Below the pieces are notes generated by a model. It was not told the DNA's origin, made no database searches, and saw only the letters and a program-made list of their open reading frames with translations. From assembly GCA_008690995.1 (NCBI GenBank), contig VRMN01000006.1:806001-870000 (forward strand): a stretch of 64,000 nt of DNA. The letters are read 5' to 3'. How positions within the stretch are numbered: position 1 is the first letter of the stretch; each line of letters starts with the position of its first letter. This document shows, piece by piece, positions 42,016-52,655 of this stretch. Source of the stretch: Porphyridium purpureum (lineage: Eukaryota). A program made the position numbers and the translations under genes.

Positions 42016-42820
42016 CACGTGGCGTCTGCGTCGCATGACGGCTTGGTGACGCTGTGGGAGGCAGTCGCGCGTACCAGAGTGACGAGCAGGAGGGAGGCTG
42101 GAGCCAAATTGGTGAAAGCGCATCATGGTGCAGCCGTGCTAGACTGCAAATGGATACCCACCAGTGCCGAGGAAATTCGGCAGGTGTTTGGTGGCGCCGA
42201 CGATCAAGTAGCCGCGTGCGACGCGCTACACGCCTCTATTGTGCACGCTTCGTCGTTGGCCCGAGAGGCCGAGCCGAGCAAGTTGTCGAGCGCGAGCGAT
42301 GAGGGCTCAGTGAATTTGTACGGCACGCATGTCGCGCGGCGGCGAGACAGGCAGACCATGCACGCATCGTCAGCCTTTCGGAATGGCGCGATCTTATTCG
42401 GATCAGCGATTATACCTCACGCGTTGTTGCGCGCCGGGACTTCAGACCAAGCACGTGATGCACACGAGCGCGGAAGCTATGTGAGATGTGAGATGTGCCG
42501 CAGGAAACTGCTTTCTGCATGCGAGCACATGGTATGAGACAGAAAGCTGTCCCGTGAGGGTAGCTGCCTGTGCTCCGGATGATTAGACAGGTTTTCGTGC
42601 CAATGGGATGCCCAAGTGCTCGTCGCGGACGGCCGCGGCAGGCATCGATTCGGAGTTGAACGTGTAACGCTCCCCGGGTTTGTGGGAGCGGAGCAAAACT
42701 AACCGGCACGACGCCATGGTGGCGCTCGATTACCACGCAGACGCAATTGTAGAGGCAGACTGTGGCCCGTCCGGATGTCTTGCGACCGGAGGCAACGACG
42801 CCTCGGTCACCGCTGAGACA
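42016..42820 (+). pseudogene. Decayed WD40-repeat gene, U5 snRNP 40 kDa (SNRNP40)-like
   Basis: WD fragments VASASHDGLVTLWE, LSSASDEGSVNLY and LSREGSCLCSG*LDRFSCQWD in one frame with TGA at 42535 and 42580. HADAIVEADCGPSGCLATGGNDASV lies in another frame from 42734. No in-frame ATG upstream. Confidence 0.6.
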
Positions 42821-43199
42821 CTCGAGCCGTCATAGCAGCTCTTTTAGACATCAAAATGAGAGATCGTGGACAGTGTTTGCAAGCCATCCGAAGGTTTATG
42901 GCGCGGCCCCACTGTTGTGTGGGATCTTGTGCTCTTAAGGGTTCCGGCTGAGCAGCGCGCTGCTCATGGGCTTCGCGTGTCGCGCCAGAGGAGATGAAAA
43001 GCTCAGCTTGCCCATTGCCCGCGGTTCTGATGAGGTATGCCGGTACGATCCGGAGTTTCGATAGTTCTAGAATTTGGGTATGTGTGGCAGAACGCTCAGA
43101 GCGAGGACGCAATTGCAATAACATCGACTCAAATAAAAAAGTATGTATTCACAACGCCATCGGCACGGTTTCCGTGATCCCTCGAATAGAAAACACATG

Positions 43200-46100
43200 T
43201 CACGAGACAAGAGCACTCACAAAATCGCTACATACCCGGACTGCGACGTCCAGTCTAAACTTTTCTGGAAGTCGCATAGGAATGTCTGGCGCAATCCGGA
43301 GTGCCATCTTCCCTCCCTTTGGATCTAGTTCCATCAGAACGAAGAAGGCTTCTTCCTCAAGCGAGACACGACTGCTACAATACATTTGTCCCGCACGATT
43401 TGCGACATGCGCAACTCCGTTCATACTCAAACGCTCCTTAAGGGCTGCCAGACTGGAGTCAGCTGTCAGTTTAGCGCTCACGCACACAGCACGCTTTGTT
43501 TCTGAGGCGGCAGCGGACGCAGCGTTCCACAGTTCCAGAAAGCGGGGTTTGGAAAGAGCGGCCCCGGGCCGGTCCAAAAAACACTCGAAAAAAGTGGTCG
43601 CGGCACACGCAAAGGCAGCAACACCAGTCGAGTCTGACTTGCACGCTAGATGCAAATCGCCTTGGACCGGGTCCGCCTCTCCGCCGAACGCGAGCGGTAG
43701 AAGCGCATGAACTTCCGCACCTGGCGCAATGGAATCTGACGTGAGCTGCAATCGCCCGGTTGCACGCAAACCCCACGCATTCTTCGCAAATTTGCACGCC
43801 ACGCCACTGATGGACTCCCGTGACGTATTCCGAAACACAAACTGAAATACGAATGATCTTCTGTCCGCGGCGCGCTTCACCGCACCGTGAATCGCGAGGC
43901 CTCTGTTCTGCTGGGCGCTCAGCAGAAGCGGCACATCTGGCACAGAGGACACGACCGAAGCGTCGTCAAAAGGATTCGAACCCGCGAACGGGTCGGCGGC
44001 GTGACTGGCATAAGAAGACGGAGGAGCAGCTTGCCTTGGCGGCTCTGAAAATATCGCTCCCAGCACCGAATCAGCATTGGCACCCGCCCTGCCTGCTCCA
44101 CTGCCGCGCGTTGGTGACAGCGCTGCTGCCCTTTCAAAGCTGACCAAAGGTACAGCTGCCGGGTTTTGCTCTTGCTTTGGTGCTTCCAGTCCAAAAAGAT
44201 CGCCCAGGATATCAGCGCTCGCCTTGAAACCGCCCGCTCGTGCCGCACTGGCGCTGCTGTAGCCGCTGGTGCGGCTACCGCTAACAGAAACGCCACTAGG
44301 TGCCGAATCGAGCAAATCAACAAGCAAAGGAGCATCATCTTTGGACGAATCGCCAGCGTTCGCAGTGCTGGCTTCGCGGCTTTCACGCGGCTGGGCCTCG
44401 AATTCAAGCAATGACGGATTCAAGTACAGGCACGCAGACAATGAACCCCAATGCCTCAAAACTGACTCCACTCTAGCCGCCGAGAAGTCGCCGGTCGCGA
44501 ACGAAACCACTGGCTTTTCGCACCTGAGCACAGCGTGCGCACGCTGTCCGCTTTCGAGCAGTCGCGCGTGTAGGATCGCGACATCGCGCATATCTGCGTC
44601 CTCAACGCTCGATGCCACTGCCTCCAGAAAGGAACGCACGGCGCCAAGAGAGGCGCCACCGCTGTATAGTGCGACTTTGACGCCACACGAGATAAGCTCC
44701 AGTTGCACTGATCGGACTTCGGAGCTCCAATCGGCAAGGAACTCGGCAAGCAGCTGCGCGGCGTTCTCAACATGCTCACAATACTCGCCCACGAGCCACA
44801 CCAAGATCATGCGCACCGCATCTGTGTTGACCTTGTCTACAAAACGTAACAGGCTCGCCACGTGCATTTCGAACCTCATCTTGTAGACGCGCAGCAGCTT
44901 GGAGAAAACCATGATAACGCTTTCAATGACGACCGGCTCGTCCAAGCGCAGCAAATCGATGAGCATATTGACGCAGCGATCGGCGTGGCGCGCGTGGCGT
45001 AAACCAATGGTTCCCACTGCCTCGACCACGTGACGAACGAATAGCATGTCCGGCTCGTTACAATTCTCGCGCAGCTCGGTGAAAATTTGGCTTATACTTG
45101 TGTCACTCACCAAGTCGACGAGCACGTGCACTTTCTCGACTTTGACGTACAACGGCTCATTGTAGCTGCACACGAATGCTTTGATATTATCCTGCAGGAA
45201 GGGTCCGTACTTTTGGATCATGCAGCGCAGACAGCGCAGCACAACGAAGCGCATCTCTGCGCTGCCCCCACTGGAGACGAGCGAAATTAGAGACGGCGAT
45301 AACTTGCGCAGAACCCCCTGGACGAGCTCCGGGTGCCGGGAAGGAGGATCCATGGCCGAAAGGGACACAATGATGAGATGCAGCGTGGCGTTTACCACGC
45401 CCGGATTGATATGATTCAGGCGCGACGTGACACTTTCAATGACGGACGCGGCATCTTCGGGTGTTGAGAAGTGTAGCGACTCAGACAGCGACTCGAGTAT
45501 TGTGATCTGAGACCATTCGGCGCACTGGTCTAGCATGGCAATCAAACGCGGCAACTGCGCCAGAGAAAAGTCGACGCGACCTCCGGACACGTCCGACAGC
45601 GCCGAAATCGCATTTGCCACCACCGTGGGGCTGGGGTCATCAAGCAAGCGCTTGAGCTCGTCCAAAAGCCCTTGCTCTTCCACGAGCGCCGGCACGATAT
45701 CGTGCAACTTGGCCACACACAACGCGGCCGTCTTTCGGACGTACGGACTTTCATCCCGCAACGCGCGCCCGAGCGGGTCGCAGATGTAGTCCATGAGATT
45801 CTCAACGCGAAGCGAGGACATTGTGCGCAAGGCCAGCGCTCGGAGGATTGGATTTGGCGCGACCGCATCCCTTGTGAGCGCATTGATTGCCAGAATGGCC
45901 AGATCTGGCTGCACCTCTGCGTAGTGAATCACAAACAGGTACACGAGCTTCTTGATCTCGAGATGCTCGCTCTGAACGCACTTGAGCACATCGGGGAACA
46001 ACGAGGACACGTTCCTGCCCACGGACATCCACACGACCGCTCGCTTGAGCGCCTGCTTACGCTCTGGCTTACTGGTCGCATTCAGCTGCGCGCGCAGCTG

Positions 46101-46220
46101 CGCCAACTCCTCCTTGCTCACTTCAGCATCCTCGTCAAGCGGCTCATCATACCCATATGTATCCTTGGGCCCGGTCACACTCGCCGTCACGCCCGCCACA
46201 AAGCCTTTCAAGTAGTCCAT
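43200..46220 (-). CDS. AP-1/AP-2 adaptor complex beta subunit
   Basis: VSSLFPDV, LEIKKLVYL, NPILRALALRTM, SPYVRKTAALCVAKLHD, plus an appendage domain with FAKNAWGL. Confidence 0.93.
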   Translation of the reverse strand: MDYLKGFVAGVTASVTGPKDTYGYDEPLDEDAEVSKEELAQLRAQLNATSKPERKQALKRAVVWMSVGRNVSSLFPDVLKCVQSEHLEIKKLVYLFVIHYAEVQPDLAILAINALTRDAVAPNPILRALALRTMSSLRVENLMDYICDPLGRALRDESPYVRKTAALCVAKLHDIVPALVEEQGLLDELKRLLDDPSPTVVANAISALSDVSGGRVDFSLAQLPRLIAMLDQCAEWSQITILESLSESLHFSTPEDAASVIESVTSRLNHINPGVVNATLHLIIVSLSAMDPPSRHPELVQGVLRKLSPSLISLVSSGGSAEMRFVVLRCLRCMIQKYGPFLQDNIKAFVCSYNEPLYVKVEKVHVLVDLVSDTSISQIFTELRENCNEPDMLFVRHVVEAVGTIGLRHARHADRCVNMLIDLLRLDEPVVIESVIMVFSKLLRVYKMRFEMHVASLLRFVDKVNTDAVRMILVWLVGEYCEHVENAAQLLAEFLADWSSEVRSVQLELISCGVKVALYSGGASLGAVRSFLEAVASSVEDADMRDVAILHARLLESGQRAHAVLRCEKPVVSFATGDFSAARVESVLRHWGSLSACLYLNPSLLEFEAQPRESREASTANAGDSSKDDAPLLVDLLDSAPSGVSVSGSRTSGYSSASAARAGGFKASADILGDLFGLEAPKQEQNPAAVPLVSFERAAALSPTRGSGAGRAGANADSVLGAIFSEPPRQAAPPSSYASHAADPFAGSNPFDDASVVSSVPDVPLLLSAQQNRGLAIHGAVKRAADRRSFVFQFVFRNTSRESISGVACKFAKNAWGLRATGRLQLTSDSIAPGAEVHALLPLAFGGEADPVQGDLHLACKSDSTGVAAFACAATTFFECFLDRPGAALSKPRFLELWNAASAAASETKRAVCVSAKLTADSSLAALKERLSMNGVAHVANRAGQMYCSSRVSLEEEAFFVLMELDPKGGKMALRIAPDIPMRLPEKFRLDVAVRVCSDFVSALVS

Positions 46221-46380
46221 CCCCTTGTCGCCCGTGGGCACTCGCCGGAGCTGCGCGGCGAGCGAGACGGCAGCCGATCAACACGTCGCCACACTCAGTC
46301 ACACACACACACACACCACCATCCACACCTGCGCCACCGCTTCGCATTGCGCACACGCGCCGCACGCCCCGCCGCGCGGG

Positions 46381-46710
46381 ATGACAATTGTCATCTTTCT
46401 CTGTAACAGTCATCTTTATGATTGTAAATGATAATAATATCATCTATATAAAAATTGTTTCATGATTTAAATTGAATGATGATTATATATCATCTTTAAA
46501 GAATACTTCTATACAAAGATGATAAAATGACATGCTTGAAAAATTATGACATGCCTGAGGAAATTAAAGATGGTAAAAGTCTATTATGATGCAAATATTA
46601 CATCTTTAATATTAAAGATGAAATTATTTTCATGATGCAGAGAATATGACATCATTGACGTTTGAAGATGATAAAATGTCATGGTTAGATCTGATGTGAT
46701 GACATGTGAG
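46381..46710. promoter_or_regulatory. AT-rich CATCTTT/AAAGATG motif island between divergent AP-beta and TBC genes
   Basis: CATCTTT at 46392, 46411, 46491 and 46601; AAAGATG at 46515, 46566 and 46614; perfect palindrome CATCTTTAATATTAAAGATG at 46601-46620. Confidence 0.6.
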
Positions 46711-46814
46711 CGCGAGAAGAATCTTGGAAAAGTTGCGAGTGGCGCGATGCGTGGGTGTAGAGGCGCGGAGAAGGACGGGAAGGGCTGCTGTGGAGCTGTG
46801 GCGTGGAGCGGACG

Positions 46815-48908
46815 ATGGAGACGTCGGACGGCGCGGCACATGGCGGCGCCAGCGGGTCGAATGGTGGAGTCGTGCGCGCGGAGGGTGGGGGTTCGGGTGA
46901 GGAGATGAGCGAGCAGTGGTGCTTCGACAGGATGGACAGCATGGAGCGGCGGGACGACGTGGAGAATTTCCGCAGTGTGCTGCTGCAGCATGTACGGCCC
47001 GGGCGTGATACTCTGCTGCCGCGAGTTAGAGGGCTGGTGTGGATGAAGCTCATGCTTGGGTATAATGCGGAAGAGTGGATTCTGGAGCGAGAACCCAGCG
47101 CCGAACATTTCCAACGCAAGGCGGTCGACGCCGAAATAGTGTGTCCTGATGCCGAGCAGATTCTGCTCGACGTCGTCAGAACACGCTCACAGGATGAGCG
47201 CTTCCAGACACCGGCCATTCGGTCTGCCATGAAGCGCATGCTCGCACTGTTTTGCATGAAGGAAAATGTGCACTACATTCAAGGCATGAATGAGGTACTG
47301 GCGCCCATCATGTTGCTTCCGGAAGTGCAGAACCGCCCGCGACTGATCTACTATACACTTCAAGGATTCATGCGCCGCTTCATGTCCTACCTGCTGCTAC
47401 CGGTGGGAAAGGACGACGATTCGCTCGAGGGCGTCAAAGTGTGCTTTCGAGTGCTTGACCTGCTGTTGAGATACCTGGACCCAGAACTGTTCCACAAGCT
47501 GCGATCAGAGGGTCTTACTTCGGGTGTGTTCGCGCCCAGCTGGTTCGTGACTTCGTTTGCAGGCTGGCTCGAGCTCGATCTCGTGTATCATTTGTGGGAC
47601 CACTTGATCCTCGAGAATGAACCGTCAGCGCTGCTTTTCTTCGGTCTTTCGATCCTCCTCAAAAGGAAAGGCTCAATCATGCAGGCTCCGAAGCACCATC
47701 TGCCGGAATTGCTAATGCAAATGCAACCGAAAGACCTGGCCGAACTAGACAGCCTATGGTCTCACACCCGTTGGCTCCGAACCAGCCAGGTGCCACGGTC
47801 GGTGGTCGAAATATTGAGTTCTGCGTTATGCGCTGGGTACGCCCGCGAGCGTGTGAGCGAGTTGTGGAAAGATCCAATCGCACAGGCAGTGGGTTGCTTG
47901 GTTGTGAAAGCATCGGATCTGGCCATTACCGAAAGCGCTGCGCCGCTTACAATTTCCGGATCCTCCTCGCCTCCGTCTGCACGAAAAGAAACGCTCCCTG
48001 AGGGTAACGCACCCGCTCAGGTCCAGCTCGAGTCTGCCGACGGGACATCAGCCCTTGCGTCATCCTTTTTTGTGCTTGACTGCCGCACCAAGGCAGAGTT
48101 TGACTGTGGCCACGTGGCTAGAGGCGCCCTGGTTGATTTGAGGAGCATTCGCAACGCTGCTGCGGAGCGCAAGCTGCAGACCAAGGTAAAAGAAATATCC
48201 GCCCGCTCGTCGGGTCTGATACCGCGAACCAGCCGGCCAGAGAAAGAATCGCAGAACCAGGACGTGCGCTTATTGAAGGAGAATCGCTCTCTGTCGTCAC
48301 CATTGTCAGCTGACAATGCCGCGGCGAGTGCTGCATCGGAGTCTTCAATCGAGCAAGAGTTTGAAAAAGTACTCCAGCTTATAGCACCTCTGCGAGGTGT
48401 CTCTCATCTGTCGCTGTGCGGCACAGGTAATCCGATTCTCGACGCCGTGGACCTTGCACAGGCAGCAAATAACCTGCTCAAAGATGAGGTACCGAAGCTC
48501 AGTATTGTGGCAGGTGGGTTCCCGGAGATTTTGGCGTACCACCGTGCCAATGCAGCGCGGCTTCCGGTGGTGGACGTGAACGAGTCGCTGGGTCGTGCAA
48601 TGACAAACAAGCGCCTTGTCGAAAGCGGTGAACAGGTTCCACTTTCCACGCGGATTGGAACACGCCTCGAGATTTTCCGTGCTCAGGCAGTCAAGGATCT
48701 GAATGGTAGTGGTGGAAGTAGCGGAGTCCCAGCGACCGGAGCTGGCTCATCGGCACTGGTGGACCAGACGCCGCCCATCATCATTGACAAGTTGCGCAAC
48801 GCATTCATGTCGCTCGCTGGCACCCGTATCAGTCCGCAAGATTTATCAGGCGACTCGACGGCGGCGGCTCCTGCGGGCAACGTGAATGGCCCGACAACGC
48901 GGAAGTAG
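46815..48908 (+). CDS. TBC (Rab-GAP) plus rhodanese-like domain protein (TBC1D23/TBCK-like architecture)
   Basis: ILLDVVRTR, YIQGMNEVLAP, FAPSWFVT and LWD motifs; rhodanese-like VLDCRTKAEFDCGHV...GGF. Confidence 0.88.
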   Translation: METSDGAAHGGASGSNGGVVRAEGGGSGEEMSEQWCFDRMDSMERRDDVENFRSVLLQHVRPGRDTLLPRVRGLVWMKLMLGYNAEEWILEREPSAEHFQRKAVDAEIVCPDAEQILLDVVRTRSQDERFQTPAIRSAMKRMLALFCMKENVHYIQGMNEVLAPIMLLPEVQNRPRLIYYTLQGFMRRFMSYLLLPVGKDDDSLEGVKVCFRVLDLLLRYLDPELFHKLRSEGLTSGVFAPSWFVTSFAGWLELDLVYHLWDHLILENEPSALLFFGLSILLKRKGSIMQAPKHHLPELLMQMQPKDLAELDSLWSHTRWLRTSQVPRSVVEILSSALCAGYARERVSELWKDPIAQAVGCLVVKASDLAITESAAPLTISGSSSPPSARKETLPEGNAPAQVQLESADGTSALASSFFVLDCRTKAEFDCGHVARGALVDLRSIRNAAAERKLQTKVKEISARSSGLIPRTSRPEKESQNQDVRLLKENRSLSSPLSADNAAASAASESSIEQEFEKVLQLIAPLRGVSHLSLCGTGNPILDAVDLAQAANNLLKDEVPKLSIVAGGFPEILAYHRANAARLPVVDVNESLGRAMTNKRLVESGEQVPLSTRIGTRLEIFRAQAVKDLNGSGGSSGVPATGAGSSALVDQTPPIIIDKLRNAFMSLAGTRISPQDLSGDSTAAAPAGNVNGPTTRK

Positions 48909-49040
48909 GATAGCATTGCTGTGTATATATTTTATTTTCTCGCACGGTGTAAAGTAGTAAGATGTCGTCGTCACCGCCAAGGTCGATGCCGTTCCCGGCC
49001 TCGCTGTCATCCCTCACAGCACGAAAAGCTCAACTTGACG

Positions 49041-49361
49041 TCACGCCGCTCGATTCAAGCTCTGTCCATCTGCGACAACCGGTGTGGTCTCGACAAGCTG
49101 GGTCAACGCCGCAGCAACATCCTCTGCGCCCATCCCGGAGGTGGCCCGCCTTTGATAGACGCCGCGGTCATATCGCACCGCCAGAAACGGTTCAATACCC
49201 TCGACGGGGCGAACATACACCGGCAATGTAGGATTGGCCGCCTTGATGCCCGCGTACTCGCTTTCCACAAATGCGCGCATCCCTTTGCTCTGCGCGGCGC
49301 GCGGACAGTAGACCACGCGGATTTCGTGAATCGCGGATGAAAGCGCCTTGCGCCAAACCAT
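49041..49361 (-). CDS. NDUFA2: NADH dehydrogenase (complex I) B8 subunit
   Basis: MVWRKALSSAIHEIRVVYC...RAFVESEY...KAANPTLPVYVR...RYDRG matches the L51/S25/CI-B8 family, B8 type. Confidence 0.85.
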   Translation of the reverse strand: MVWRKALSSAIHEIRVVYCPRAAQSKGMRAFVESEYAGIKAANPTLPVYVRPVEGIEPFLAVRYDRGVYQRRATSGMGAEDVAAALTQLVETTPVVADGQSLNRAA

Positions 49362-49759
49362 ATTTACCAGGAGCGCCGGACTTCTGTGCGCCGCTCGCGT
49401 GATTCCACCAAAGCGCACAGCCGTCCACTCCGCAAAAAACGCAAACCCGCGCGCGCGTCGTCACTCTCTCTCTCCCTCGCTTTCCGGACAAGCAATGAAA
49501 CTCCTCTACCTGTTGAGACTTGGAACCAAGGCGATGTGATTAAAGAGAAGAAGAACAGAGTCGCTGAAGCGCTCGCATCGGGGAGCCGTGCCTCTGCCTT
49601 ACAAGCGCTGCACATTCAGCGCACTTCTTTCTGAGATGAGCTGCGTTGTCTAGCCTGGTCAGGCCATGACCGGCGGGCAGAGGATTGTGGGGCCTGGCAT
49701 CCAGACTCTCTTTGTCCGCACAAGTGCAAGACAGATAAGAATGATATGGCACTGGATAA

Positions 49760-50470
49760 TTAGCTGAGAGGAATTAAAGAGCTGATGAGTTGCCGGCCGT
49801 AAGGAATGTAGCTGAGCGCATACCATAGGAGCGCGAGTACCTCGACAATGAGCGCGACGAGAACCATGAGGTAGCGCAAAGAGCCGCCATTGAAGCACGC
49901 AAACAGCGTGAATGCGATCGCTCCGCAGTAGGCGTACGCGGCATACGCGCGCACCGGGTGGAACATGGCACTCAGCTGCGCCTTGGGACCGACCAGAAAC
50001 ACAGTGGAGCTCACGCACATCACGTTCCCAAACGTGAAGGCGAGTCCAAATTTTGCCGGCTTGAGCACAATCATTGGCAGCCACATGAACGCGAAAAATA
50101 GCATCGCGACACCGCCGGCAAAGCACATGACAAACAGGGACAGCCGCTGCGTGTAGCTCATGTTCAGGTACTCTGACATTTCATCGTGTAGCGACTGTTG
50201 CTGATTCTCTGGATCAAACGCTGGCTCGCTGCTCCAGAACGTCTTGAGTTGGGTGAAACCACGATGCAGCGAGTCCTGCGGGTCCACACCGCCATTAAAC
50301 ATGGATGACATCGAGTTCCACACGCCGTCCGTGCCTGCGCCACCGGAGGCTCCGGCTCCTGCGCTGGCGCCCGGCTGGCCCCAGCTCAGAGATTGCAACG
50401 CGTCTGTCAGAGAGCTTGGCGCGCCGCCACCGCCGCCGCCGCCACCCCCTGCGCCGCTGGATCGCATCAT
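49760..50470 (-). CDS. SFT2: Vesicle transport protein SFT2-like
   Basis: MSYTQRLSLFVMCF, KPAKFGLAFTFGN, FLVGPKAQL, WYALSYIPYG; four transmembrane segments. Confidence 0.92.
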   Translation of the reverse strand: MMRSSGAGGGGGGGGGAPSSLTDALQSLSWGQPGASAGAGASGGAGTDGVWNSMSSMFNGGVDPQDSLHRGFTQLKTFWSSEPAFDPENQQQSLHDEMSEYLNMSYTQRLSLFVMCFAGGVAMLFFAFMWLPMIVLKPAKFGLAFTFGNVMCVSSTVFLVGPKAQLSAMFHPVRAYAAYAYCGAIAFTLFACFNGGSLRYLMVLVALIVEVLALLWYALSYIPYGRQLISSLIPLS

Positions 50471-50637
50471 GCGTACTTGCAGAAACCCACCAGCTACGAC
50501 CGGCCGAACGTGTGGCCGCTGTTTCTGCCTGGGCGCCTTCGCGCGTGTCTCGCCAGCGTTCGCCCCTTCCTATTTATTTGCTTTTTTGGTCGCCCCGCCA
50601 TGTGGTCGTGTGCCTAGACTTTACACCAAGTAGCTAG

Positions 50638-51267
50638 CTAGACGACAAGACGATAGGTGACATAGCGGCCGGCCGTCTCGCTCGGCCTAGTGACTTTGAC
50701 GACCTGGCCGACGGTCATTCCGTAGTAGCGCGCGACAGGGTCTCGTGTTTGGATGCGTGGCAACTGAGACTCCTTGAGTTTGTACATCTCGAGCAGCGCG
50801 CGCTTCTGATCGTCTGTCAGCACCTCGTGCTTGGGCACCAGGACGTGCTGGGTGATGTTGACCAGCAGCTCGTTCTGTGCAAAGAGCTCGAGCCTGTATT
50901 GACTGGACATGATACTGACCGCGTCTTTCGCAGATGGTGTCAGGCTGTTCAGGAGCACAATGATGCCGTGGTGGATGCTTTCGAGCTCCAGCCTTTCACA
51001 GACCTCACGAACCAGCTTCACTCCCACTTTTTGGTCCTGCGGGAAAAACACATGCACTTTGGCGTTCACGTCTGACCTCTTCCACTTGATGATTTCCAGC
51101 GCCTGGTCCTGGAAGTTGCTCTCCCGAAAATTATTGTAGAAGGTCTGGTACGGCATCCCGAGGTCGTCCTCGTTATCAAGGACAAGGTAGCCTCGATCCC
51201 GCAGCATTTCCAGCACGGTCCGCCGTACGCGGAACATGCGTTTAATCTCCTCCTGCAAGTCGCCCAT
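50638..51267 (-). CDS. RPB5: RNA polymerase I/II/III common subunit RPB5
   Basis: RRTVLEMLRDRGY, ELLVNITQHVLVPKH, QLPRIQTRDPVARYYG, SETAGRYVTYR. Confidence 0.97.
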   Translation of the reverse strand: MGDLQEEIKRMFRVRRTVLEMLRDRGYLVLDNEDDLGMPYQTFYNNFRESNFQDQALEIIKWKRSDVNAKVHVFFPQDQKVGVKLVREVCERLELESIHHGIIVLLNSLTPSAKDAVSIMSSQYRLELFAQNELLVNITQHVLVPKHEVLTDDQKRALLEMYKLKESQLPRIQTRDPVARYYGMTVGQVVKVTRPSETAGRYVTYRLVV

Positions 51268-51715
51268 CGTGCGCGCGCACTGGTGGCGTGTGCTCCAGCT
51301 CCCTTTGCTCGTCGTCACCCTCGCCCGACGCTGCGAGACAGATCGCTCTCTCCTCCGATTCTTACTTTTGTTTTCCCGAACAGCGCTCCGACACCAGAGA
51401 AGCCTCAGAAAAAAATCGCCGCCGCTCGTTGTCTTCGGTACCTCCTCTCGCCTTTTCCCCCCTCGCAACAAGTTGTCGCGGTCGCGCTCAAGCACGCTCA
51501 CGCCGTGCTCGCCGCCGCCTTTGTGCTCGACAATCCGTGATTCTTGGCTTTACGTCGTGCGACTGGCGTGCGTGAGGGAAAAGCGGTGGGCTGCGAGTTT
51601 CAAAGATCGACTGCTGCGCGCGCGAAGCGGTCGTCCCAGAGATGCGCTCAGGGTTCTCGATCTGCCTCGCCTCGCCGTTTTAATTTAGCTGGCATCCGAA
51701 CCGGACGTTGATGTG

Positions 51716-52381
51716 TTAGACATTGGCCTCGGCGGCGACCGCGTCTGCCGGCTCGAGCCCTGCTCCTCGCTCAAGTGCCTGATACATGTCGGCGGCGTCG
51801 ACATGGATGGGTGGCGGAGGGTCGCGCGGGATGGCGTCCGCGGCGGGCAGGTGGGTGTCGACGGCCTCGACGAAGAGTTCGTCGAGATCCTGCACCAGTT
51901 CGTTCCACATGCGCACGTGCTGACGGGCGTCCATGCCCTGCACGAGGGGTCCAAACTTCTGCTCGTAGGATGAGGCAAGCTTGTGTTCGCTGAGTTCAAC
52001 CACGGGCTCCGGGCGCGTGCGCAGCAGGTTAGGGAGGCGGTCCATATCCGCGGCGTAGCGATGCGCCGCCGCGACGCTGCCGGGCACCAGCGCCTTGGCG
52101 TCCAATGCGAATTCCGGGGCGATTCTCTGCAACTCGGAGGTCACCTGCGCCAGCAGTTTACAAATGACGTCATACTTTGCCAGGAACACGGGCCACTGGC
52201 TGTCTTGAGCCACCGCGAGCCCCAGCGCCGCTTGCTGCTGCTGCAGCGCAAACATGCGGCGCAGCTCGACCAACCGCGCGTTCAGCTGCAGCGCGCGGTT
52301 CAGCATACTCTGCAGCGCGAGCTGCTGCTGCTGCTGCTCCTGCGGCGGCTGCGGCGGCGGCTGCTGTAGCTGCTGCATCAT
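51716..52381 (-). CDS. MED8: Mediator subunit 8
   Basis: QWPVFLAKYDVI and LPNLLRTRPEPVVE match Med8 motifs; Q-rich N-terminus. Confidence 0.75.
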   Translation of the reverse strand: MMQQLQQPPPQPPQEQQQQQLALQSMLNRALQLNARLVELRRMFALQQQQAALGLAVAQDSQWPVFLAKYDVICKLLAQVTSELQRIAPEFALDAKALVPGSVAAAHRYAADMDRLPNLLRTRPEPVVELSEHKLASSYEQKFGPLVQGMDARQHVRMWNELVQDLDELFVEAVDTHLPAADAIPRDPPPPIHVDAADMYQALERGAGLEPADAVAAEANV

Positions 52382-52451
52382 TCATCTACGGATCCACAGC
52401 TCCAACCCACTGACCTTCCCCCCCACACCCTTTTCACTCCCACCTCCCCAC

Positions 52452-52655
52452 CCATGTCATCCTTTAATATTATAAGATGATATATCATCATCAAACATCT
52501 GCAAATCATCATTGATATTTAAGGATGAAAATCGTTTCATCTTTTCACTATTTTATCATCTATCACCATAATCATGACCGATATTCCATCATTCTGTGTA
52601 ATATATCATCTTTAAAGTTCAGAGATGACTGCATGGTCATCATTGTCATCATGCA
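52452..52655. promoter_or_regulatory. AT-rich TCATC/GATGA motif island between divergent MED8 and AOX genes
   Basis: Many TCATC copies. ATATATCATCTTTAAAG at 52601-52617 is identical to 46485-46501. Confidence 0.55.
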
